From the human T2T-CHM13v2.0 reference genome, Homo sapiens, in the NCBI RefSeq assembly GCF_009914755.1, contig NC_060947.1: a stretch of DNA of 64,000 nucleotides. One strand, given 5' to 3'. Under the pieces are notes generated by a model, which made no database searches, was not told the DNA's origin, and saw only the letters and a program-made list of their open reading frames with translations. Made by a program: the position numbers and the translations under genes. Below are positions 54,201 to 64,000 of the stretch, piece after piece. Within the stretch, counting starts at the first letter, position 1, and each line of letters starts with the position of its first letter.

Positions 54201-57200
54201 TCCATCAAAAGGAGGGTTCAACTGTGTGACTTGAATGCAATCATCACTCAGAAGTTTCTGAGAATGCTTCTCTTTAGTTTTTACGTGAACATATACCCGT
54301 TTCGAACGAAGGCCAGCCAGTGGTCCAAATATCCACTTGCAGATTCTACAGAAAGAGTGTTTCGAACCTGAACTCTCAAAGGCAGGTTCATCTCTGCGAG
54401 TTAAATGCATTCATCATGAAGAACTTTCTCAGAGTGTTTGTGTTTAGTTATGGGAAATTATTCCCGTTTCCAACGAAATCCTCAGAGAGCTCCAAATATC
54501 CACCTGCAGATTCTACCAAAAGTGTATTTGGAAACTGCTCCATCAAAAGGCATGTTCAGCTCTGTGAGTGAAACTCCATCATCACAAAGAATATTCTGAG
54601 AATGCTTCCGTTTGCCTTTTATATGAAGTTCCTTCCTATACTACCGTAGGCCTCAAAGCAGTCCAAATCTCCATTTGCAGATTCTACAAAAAGAGTGATT
54701 CCAATCTGCTCTATCAATAGGATTGTTCAACTCCATGAGTTGAATGCCATCCTCACAAAGTAGTTTCTGAGAATGCTTCTATCTAGTTTTAATGTGAAGA
54801 TATTTCCTTTTCCACCACAGGCCTCAAAGCCCTCCAAACGTCCACTTGCAGATTCTCGAAAAAGAGTGTTTCATAGCTGCTCTTTCAAAAGGAAAGTTCA
54901 ACTCTGGGAGTTGAATACAAACATCACAAAGTAGTTTCCGAGAATGCTTCTGTTTAGTTTTTATGTGAAGATGATCCCGTTTCCAGTGAAATCTTCAAAG
55001 AGGTCCACATATCCCCTTGCAGATTCCAAAGAAAGAGGGTTTCAAAACTGCTCCATCAGAAGGATTGTTCAACTCTGTGAGTGGAATGCAGTCATCGCAG
55101 AAAACTTTCTGAGAATGCTTCTGTCTAGGTTTGATGTGAAGATATAGACGTTTCAAACGAAGGCTACAAAGTGGTCAAAATATACACTTGCAGATTCTAC
55201 TACAAGGGTGATGCAAACCTGAACTATCAAAGGAAGGTTCAACTCTGTGAGTTGAATACAAACATCACAAAGAATGTTCTGAGTTTGCTTCCGTTCAGTT
55301 ATGGGAAGTTGATCCCGTTTCCAACGAAATCCTCAGAGAGGTCCAAATATCCCCTTGCAGATTCTACAAAACGTGTGTTTGGAAACTGCTCCATCATAAC
55401 GAATGTTCAGCTCCCTGAGTTAAACTCCATCGTCACAAAGAATTTTCTGAGAGTGCTACCGTCTGGTTTTTATATGAAGCTCTTTCCTTCACTACCACAG
55501 ACCTCAAAGCGGTCCAAATCTCCACTTGCAGATTCTACAAAAAGAGTGTTTGCAAACTGCTCTATCAAAAGGAATGTTCAACTCTGGGAGTTGAATGCAA
55601 TCATCACAGAGCAGTTTCTGAGAATGCTTCTATGTCGTTTTTAGGAGAAGATATTTCCTTTTCCAACACAGTCCTCCAAGCCCGCTAAATAGCCACTTGC
55701 ACATTGTAGAAAAAGTGTGTCAAAGCTGCGCTATCAAAGGGAAAGTTCAACTCTGTGAGGTGAATGCAAACATCCCAAAGAAGTTTCTGAGAATGCTTCC
55801 GTTTAGCTTTTAGGTGAAGATTATCCCGTTTCCAACGAAACCTTCAAAGAGGTCCAAATATCCCCTTGCGGATCCCACAGAAAGAGTGTTTCGAAACTGC
55901 TGTTTCAAAAGGAATCTTCAACTCTGTGAGTTGAATGCAATCATCACAAAGAAGTTTCTGACAATGCTTCTCTCTCGTCTTTCTGTGAAGATAAAGGAAA
56001 AGGCTTTCAGGCCTTTTCCACCACAGGCCTGAAAGCGCTCCAAATGTCCACTTGCAGATTCTGCCAAAAGAATATTTCAAAACTGCTCTATGAAAAGCAA
56101 TGTTAAACTCTGTGGCTCGAACACAAACATCACAAAGCGGTTTCTGAGAATGCTTCAGTTTAGTTTTTCTGTGGAAATATTCCCGTTTCCAAAGAAATCT
56201 TCAAAGAGGTCCACGTATCCACTTACAGATTCTACAAAAAGACAGTTTCAAAACTGCTCCATCAAAAGGAGGGTTCAACTGTGTGACTTGAATGCAATCA
56301 TCACTCAGAAGTTTCTGAGAATGCTTCTCTTTAGTTTTTACGTGAACATATACCCGTTTAGAACGAAGGCCACCCAGTGGTCCAAATATCCACTTGCAGA
56401 TTCTACAGAAAGAGTGTTTCGAACCTGAACTCTCAAAGGCAGGTTCATCTCTGCGAGTTAAATGCATTCATCATGAAGAACTTTCTCAGAGTGTTTGTGT
56501 TTAGTTATGGGAAATTATTCCCGTTTCCAACGAAATCCTCAGAGAGCTCCAAATATCCACCTGCAGATTCTACCAAAAGTGTATTTGGAAACTGCTCCAT
56601 CAAAAGGCATGTCCAGCTCTGTGAGTGAAACTCCATCATCACAAAGAATATTCTGAGAATGCTTCCGTTTGCCTTTTATATGAAGTTCCTTCCTATACTA
56701 CCGTAGGCCTCAAAGCAGTCCAAATCTCCATTTGCAGATTCTACAAAAAGAGTGATTCCAATCTGCTCTATCAATAGGATTGTTCAACTCCATGAGTTGA
56801 ATGCCATCCTCACAAAGTCGTTTCTGAGAATGATTCTATCTAGTTTTAATGTGAAGATATTTCCTTTTCCACCACAGGCCTCAAAGCCCTCCAAACGTCC
56901 ACTTGCAGATTCTCGAAAAAGAGTGTTTCATAGCTGCTCTTTCAAAAGGAAAGTTCAACTCTGGGAGTTGAATACAAACATCACAAAGTAGTTTCCGAGA
57001 ATGCTTCTGTTTAGTTTTTATGTGAAGATGATCCCGTTTCCAGTGAAATCTTCAAAGAGGTCCACATATCCCCTTGCAGATTCCAAAGAAAGAGGGTTTC
57101 AAAACTGCTCCATCAGAAGGATTGTTCAACTCTGTGAGTGGAATGCAGTCATCGCAGAAAACTTTCTGAGAATGCTTCTGTCTAGGTTTGATGTGAAGAT

Positions 57201-60200
57201 ATAGACGTTTCAAACGAAGGCTACAAAGTGGTCAAAATATACACTTGCAGATTCTACTACAAGGGTGTTGCAAACCTGAACTATCAAAGGAAGGTTCAAC
57301 TCTGTGAGTTGAATACAAACATCACAAAGAATGTTCTGAGTTTGCTTCCGTTCAGTTATGGGAAGTTGATCCCGTTTCCAACGAAATCCTCAGAGAGGTC
57401 CAAATATCCCCTTGCAGATTCTACAAAACGTGTGTTTGGAAACTGCTCCATCATAACGAATGTTCAGCTCCCTGAGTTAAACTCCATCGTCACAAAGAAT
57501 TTTCTGAGAGTGCTACCGTCTGGTTTTTATATGAAGCTCTTTCCTTCACTACCACAGACCTCAAAGCGGTCCAAATCTCCACTTGCAGATTCTACAAAAA
57601 GAGTGTTTGCAAACTGCTCTATCAAAAGGAATGTTCAACTCTGGGAGTTGAATGCAATCATCACAGAGCAGTTTCTGAGAATGCTTCTATGTCGTTTTTA
57701 GGAGAAGATATTTCCTTTTCCAACACAGTCCTCCAAGCCCGCTAAATAGCCACTTGCACATTGTAGAAAAAGTGTGTCAAAGCTGCGCTATCAAAGGGAA
57801 AGTTCAACTCTGTGAGGTGAATGCAAACATCCCAAAGAAGTTTCTGAGAATGCTTCCGTTTAGCTTTTAGGTGAAGATTATCCCGTTTCCAACGAAACCT
57901 TCAAAGAGGTCCAAATATCCCCTTGCGGATCCCACAGAAAGAGTGTTTCGAAACTGCTGTTTCAAAAGGAATCTTCAACTCTGTGAGTTGAATGCAATCA
58001 TCACAAAGAAGTTTCTGACAATGCTTCTCTCTCGTCTTTCTGTGAAGATAAAGGAAAAGGCTTTCAGGCCTTTTCCACCACAGGCCTGAAAGCGCTCCAA
58101 ATGTCCACTTGCAGATTCTGCCAAAAGAATATTTCAAAACTGCTCTATGAAAAGCAATGTTAAACTCTGTGGCTCGAACACAAACATCACAAAGCGGTTT
58201 CTGAGAATGCTTCAGTTTAGTTTTTCTGTGGAAATATTCCCGTTTCCAAAGAAATCTTCAAAGAGGTCCACGTATCCACTTACAGATTCTACAAAAAGAC
58301 AGTTTCAAAACTGCTCCATCAAAAGGAGGGTTCAACTGTGTGACTTGAATGCAATCATCACTCAGAAGTTTCTGAGAATGCTTCTCTTTAGTTTTTACGT
58401 GAACATATACCCGTTTCGAACGAAGGCCAGCCAGTGGTCCAAATATCCACTTGCAGATTCTACAGAAAGAGTGTTTCGAACCTGAACTCTCAAAGGCAGG
58501 TTCATCTCTGCGAGTTAAATGCATTCATCATGAAGAACTTTCTCAGAGTGTTTGTGTTTAGTTATGGGAAATTATTCCCGTTTCCAACGAAATCCTCAGA
58601 GAGCTCCAAATATCCACCTGCAGATTCTACCAAAAGTGTATTTGGAAACTGCTCCATCAAAAGGCATGTTCAGCTCTGTGAGTGAAACTCCATCATCACA
58701 AAGAATATTCTGAGAATGCTTCCGTTTGCCTTTTATATGAAGTTCCTTCCTATACTACCGTAGGCCTCAAAGCAGTCCAAATCTCCATTTGCAGATTCTA
58801 CAAAAAGAGTGATTCCAATCTGCTCTATCAATAGGATTGTTCAACTCCATGAGTTGAATGCCATCCTCACAAAGTAGTTTCTGAGAATGCTTCTATCTAG
58901 TTTTAATGTGAAGATATTTCCTTTTCCACCACAGGCCTCAAAGCCCTCCAAACGTCCACTTGCAGATTCTCGAAAAAGAGTGTTTCATAGCTGCTCTTTC
59001 AAAAGGAAAGTTCAACTCTGGGAGTTGAATACAAACATCACAAAGTAGTTTCCGAGAATGCTTCTGTTTAGTTTTTATGTGAAGATGATCCCGTTTCCAG
59101 TGAAATCTTCAAAGAGGTCCACATATCCCCTTGCAGATTCCAAAGAAAGAGGGTTTCAAAACTGCTCCATCAGAAGGATTGTTCAACTCTGTGAGTGGAA
59201 TGCAGTCATCGCAGAAAACTTTCTGAGAATGCTTCTGTCTAGGTTTGATGTGAAGATATAGACGTTTCAAACGAAGGCTACAAAGTGGTCAAAATATACA
59301 CTTGCAGATTCTACTACAAGGGTGTTGCAAACCTGAACTATCAAAGGAAGGTTCAACTCTGTGAGTTGAATACAAACATCACAAAGAATGTTCTGAGTTT
59401 GCTTCCGTTCAGTTATGGGAAGTTGATCCCGTTTCCAACGAAATCCTCAGAGAGGTCCAAATATCCCCTTGCAGATTCTACAAAACGTGTGTTTGGAAAC
59501 TGCTCCATCATAACGAATGTTCAGCTCCCTGAGTTAAACTCCATCGTCACAAAGAATTTTCTGAGAGTGCTACCGTCTGGTTTTTATATGAAGCTCTTTC
59601 CTTCACTACCACAGACCTCAAAGCGGTCCAAATCTCCACTTGCAGATTCTACAAAAAGAGTGTTTGCAAACTGCTCTATCAAAAGGAATGTTCAACTCTG
59701 GGAGTTGAATGCAATCATCACAGAGCAGTTTCTGAGAATGCTTCTATGTCGTTTTTAGGAGAAGATATTTCCTTTTCCAACACAGTCCTCCAAGCCCGCT
59801 AAATAGCCACTTGCACATTGTAGAAAAAGTGTGTCAAAGCTGCGCTATCAAAGGGAAAGTTCAACTCTGTGAGGTGAATGCAAACATCCCAAAGAAGTTT
59901 CTGAGAATGCTTCCGTTTAGCTTTTAGGTGAAGATTATCCCGTTTCCAACGAAACCTTCAAAGAGGTCCAAATATCCCCTTGCGGATCCCACAGAAAGAG
60001 TGTTTCGAAACTGCTGTTTCAAAAGGAATCTTCAACTCTGTGAGTTGAATGCAATCATCACAAAGAAGTTTCTGACAATGCTTCTCTCTCGTCTTTCTGT
60101 GAAGATAAAGGAAAAGGCTTTCAGGCCTTTTCCACCACAGGCCTGAAAGCGCTCCAAATGTCCACTTGCAGATTCTGCCAAAAGAATATTTCAAAACTGC

Positions 60201-62870
60201 TCTATGAAAAGCAATGTTAAACTCTGTGGCTCGAACACAAACATCACAAAGCGGTTTCTGAGAATGCTTCAGTTTAGTTTTTCTGTGGAAATATTCCCGT
60301 TTCCAAAGAAATCTTCAAAGAGGTCCACGTATCCACTTACAGATTCTACAAAAAGACAGTTTCAAAACTGCTCCATCAAAAGGAGGGTTCAACTGTGTGA
60401 CTTGAATGCAATCATCACTCAGAAGTTTCTGAGAATGCTTCTCTTTAGTTTTTACGTGAACATATACCCGTTTAGAACGAAGGCCACCCAGTGGTCCAAA
60501 TATCCACTTGCAGATTCTACAGAAAGAGTGTTTCGAACCTGAACTCTCAAAGGCAGGTTCATCTCTGCGAGTTAAATGCATTCATCATGAAGAACTTTCT
60601 CAGAGTGTTTGTGTTTAGTTATGGGAAATTATTCCCATTTCCAACGAAATCCTCAGAGAGCTCCAAATATCCACCTGCAGATTCTACCAAAAGTGTATTT
60701 GGAAACTGCTCCATCAAAAGGCATGTTCAGCTCTGTGAGTGAAACTCCATCATCACAAAGAATATTCTGAGAATGCTTCCGTTTGCCTTTTATATGAAGT
60801 TCCTTCCTATACTACCGTAGGCCTCAAAGCAGTCCAAATCTCCATTTGCAGATTCTACAAAAAGAGTGATTCCAATCTGCTCTATCAATAGGATTGTTCA
60901 ACTCCATGAGTTGAATGCCATCCTCACAAAGTCGTTTCTGAGAATGATTCTATCTAGTTTTAATGTGAAGATATTTCCTTTTCCACCACAGGCCTCAAAG
61001 CCCTCCAAACGTCCACTTGCAGATTCTCGAAAAAGAGTGTTTCATAGCTGCTCTTTCAAAAGGAAAGTTCAACTCTGGGAGTTGAATACAAACATCACAA
61101 AGTAGTTTCCGAGAATGCTTCTGTTTAGTTTTTATGTGAAGATGATCCCGTTTCCAGTGAAATCTTCAAAGAGGTCCACATATCCCCTTGCAGATTCCAA
61201 AGAAAGAGGGTTTCAAAACTGCTCCATCAGAAGGATTGTTCAACTCTGTGAGTGGAATGCAGTCATCGCAGAAAACTTTCTGAGAATGCTTCTGTCTAGG
61301 TTTGATGTGAAGATATAGACGTTTCAAACGAAGGCTACAAAGTGGTCAAAATATACACTTGCAGATTCTACTACAAGGGTGTTGCAAACCTGAACTATCA
61401 AAGGAAGGTTCAACTCTGTGAGTTGAATACAAACATCACAAAGAATGTTCTGAGTTTGCTTCCGTTCAGTTATGGGAAGTTGATCCCGTTTCCAACGAAA
61501 TCCTCAGAGAGGTCCAAATATCCCCTTGCAGATTCTACAAAACGTGTGTTTGGAAACTGCTCCATCATAACGAATGTTCAGCTCCCTGAGTTAAACTCCA
61601 TCGTCACAAAGAATTTTCTGAGAGTGCTACCGTCTGGTTTTTATATGAAGCTCTTTCCTTCACTACCACAGACCTCAAAGCGGTCCAAATCTCCACTTGC
61701 AGATTCTACAAAAAGAGTGTTTGCAAACTGCTCTATCAAAAGGAATGTTCAACTCTGGGAGTTGAATGCAATCATCACAGAGCAGTTTCTGAGAATGCTT
61801 CTATGTCGTTTTTAGGAGAAGATATTTCCTTTTCCAACACAGTCCTCCAAGCCCGCTAAATAGCCACTTGCACATTGTAGAAAAAGTGTGTCAAAGCTGC
61901 GCTATCAAAGGGAAAGTTCAACTCTGTGAGGTGAATGCAAACATCCCAAAGAAGTTTCTGAGAATGCTTCCGTTTAGCTTTTAGGTGAAGATTATCCCGT
62001 TTCCAACGAAACCTTCAAAGAGGTCCAAATATCCCCTTGCGGATCCCACAGAAAGAGTGTTTCGAAACTGCTGTTTCAAAAGGAATCTTCAACTCTGTGA
62101 GTTGAATGCAATCATCACAAAGAAGTTTCTGACAATGCTTCTCTCTCGTCTTTCTGTGAAGATAATGGAAAAGGCTTTCAGGCCTTTTCCACCACAGGCC
62201 TGAAAGCGCTCCAAATGTCCACTTGCAGATTCTGCCAAAAGAATATTTCAAAACTGCTCTATGAAAAGCAATGTTAAACTCTGTGGCTCGAACACAAACA
62301 TCACAAAGCGGTTTCTGAGAATGCTTCAGTTTAGTTTTTCTGTGGAAATATTCCCGTTTCCAAAGAAATCTTCAAAGAGGTCCACGTATCCACTTACAGA
62401 TTCTACAAAAAGACAGTTTCAAAACTGCTCCATCAAAAGGAGGGTTCAACTGTGTGACTTGAATGCAATCATCACTCAGAAGTTTCTGAGAATGCTTCTC
62501 TTTAGTTTTTACGTGAACATATACCCGTTTAGAACGAAGGCCACCCAGTGGTCCAAATATCCACTTGCAGATTCTACAGAAAGAGTGTTTCGAACCTGAA
62601 CTCTCAAAGGCAGGTTCATCTCTGCGAGTTAAATGCATTCATCATGAAGAACTTTCTCAGAGTGTTTGTGTTTAGTTATGGGAAATTATTCCCGTTTCCA
62701 ACGAAATCCTCAGAGAGCTCCAAATATCCACCTGCAGATTCTACCAAAAGTGTATTTGGAAACTGCTCCATCAAAAGGCATGTTCAGCTCTGTGAGTGAA
62801 ACTCCATCATCACAAAGAATATTCTGAGAATGCTTCCGTTTGCCTTTTATATGAAGTTCCTTCCTATACT
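42300..62870. repeat. HOR haplotype block (copies 21-30, extending into 31)
   Basis: T>G at offset 1601 occurs in ten consecutive copies (42741 ... 61254) and nowhere else in the window. It is mostly linked to T at offset 1160 and A at offset 1309. Confidence 0.85.
53483..61710. repeat. Tandem duplication of a 2-HOR (4,114-bp) block
   Basis: Variants recur at +4114: 54762/58876, 56360/60474, 56833/60947. The boundaries are approximate. Confidence 0.8.
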
Positions 62871-64000
62871 ACCGTAGGCCTCAAAGCAGTCCAAATCTCC
62901 ATTTGCAGATTCTACAAAAAGAGTGATTCCAATCTGCTCTATCAATAGGATTGTTCAACTCCATGAGTTGAATGCCATCCTCACAAAGTCGTTTCTGAGA
63001 ATGCTTCTATCTAGTTTTTATGTGAAGATATTTCCTTTTCCACCACAGGCCTCAAAGCCCTCCAAACGTCCACTTGCAGATTCTCGAAAAAGAGTGTTTC
63101 ATAGCTGCTCTTTCAAAAGGAAAGTTCAACTCTGGGAGTTGAATACAAACATCACAAAGTAGTTTCCGAGAATGCTTCTGTTTAGTTTTTATGTGAAGAT
63201 GATCCCGTTTCCAGTGAAATCTTCAAAGAGGTCCACATATCCCCTTGCAGATTCCAAAGAAAGAGGGTTTCAAAACTGCTCCATCAGAAGGATTGTTCAA
63301 CTCTGTGAGTTGAATGCAGTCATCGCAGAAAACTTTCTGAGAATGCTTCTGTCTAGGTTTGATGTGAAGATATAGACGTTTCAAACGAAGGCTACAAAGT
63401 GGTCAAAATATACACTTGCAGATTCTACTACAAGGGTGTTGCAAACCTGAACTATCAAAGGAAGGTTCAACTCTGTGAGTTGAATACAAACATCACAAAG
63501 AATGTTCTGAGTTTGCTTCCGTTCAGTTATGGGAAGTTGATCCCGTTTCCAACGAAATCCTCAGAGAGGTCCAAATATCCCCTTGCAGATTCTACAAAAC
63601 GTGTGTTTGGAAACTGCTCCATCATAACGAATGTTCAGCTCCCTGAGTTAAACTCCATCGTCACAAAGAATTTTCTGAGAGTGCTACCGTCTGGTTTTTA
63701 TATGAAGTTCTTTCCTTCACTACCACAGACCTCAAAGCGGTCCAAATCTCCACTTGCAGATTCTACAAAAAGAGTGTTTGCAAACTGCTCTATCAAAAGG
63801 AATGTTCAACTCTGGGAGTTGAATGCAATCATCACAGAGCAGTTTCTGAGAATGCTTCTATGTCGTTTTTAGGAGAAGATATTTCCTTTTCCAACACAGT
63901 CCTCCAAGCCCGCTAAATAGCCACTTGCACATTGTAGAAAAAGTGTGTCAAAGCTGCGCTATCAAAGGGAAAGTTCAACTCTGTGAGGTGAATGCAAACA

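Larger units (their letters stand above)
1..64000. repeat. DXZ1: Alpha-satellite higher-order repeat array, most likely DXZ1 (human X centromere), about 31.1 copies of a 2,057-bp 12-mer
   Basis: The period is exactly 2,057 bp: the ORF at 275 recurs at 2332, 4389 ... 61985 (= 275+30x2057). Alphoid motifs recur about every 171 bp (CAACTCTGTGAGTTGAATGC, TTTCTGAGAATGCT, CACTTGCAGATTCTAC) and CENP-B boxes are present. A 2,057-bp 12-mer with a single BamHI site is the established description of DXZ1. The assignment is from recognition, not from a database search. Confidence 0.96.

Noticed and set aside
275-63872. Recurrent ORFs of 63-157 aa (e.g. 1689-2162) as protein-coding genes
   Set aside because: They are chance open frames in a 171-bp (multiple of 3) satellite. 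They overlap on both strands, show no recognisable domain, and are freely broken by stop variants (20529, 29600, 35783, 39436).
1-64000. CRISPR-like repeat-spacer array
   Set aside because: There are no unique spacers and no cas genes; the entire unit repeats as diverged alphoid monomers.
1-64000. L1/Alu insertion or array inversion
   Set aside because: Period and orientation are never interrupted, and no non-alphoid sequence or poly(A) tail was seen.
1-64000. Claim that this window is the kinetochore site (CENP-A domain / hypomethylated dip)
   Set aside because: This is an epigenetic property that cannot be determined from sequence alone.

Overview
The whole 64 kb window is one uninterrupted, head-to-tail primate alpha-satellite higher-order repeat (HOR) array. 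It holds about 31.1 copies of a 2,057-bp unit made of 12 monomers of about 171 bp, with one BamHI site per unit and a pentameric substructure. This matches the human X-centromere array DXZ1 (suprachromosomal family 3). No credible genes, transposons, inversions or net-length variants are visible, and the ORF track only reflects repeat periodicity. I found no new gene system. The information lies in two places: (i) a 15-bp-longer monomer whose extra sequence is an inverted copy of its neighbours and creates two overlapping, mutually exclusive hairpins in every HOR; (ii) single-base variants that record nested 1-, 2- and 4-HOR duplications, a roughly 20-kb haplotype block, long-range conversion-like tracts, sporadic CENP-B box losses and many CpG-toggling variants. 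Below, copy n spans 1+(n-1)*2057 to n*2057, and 'offset' is the position within a copy. Variant lists were read by eye and are lower bounds.
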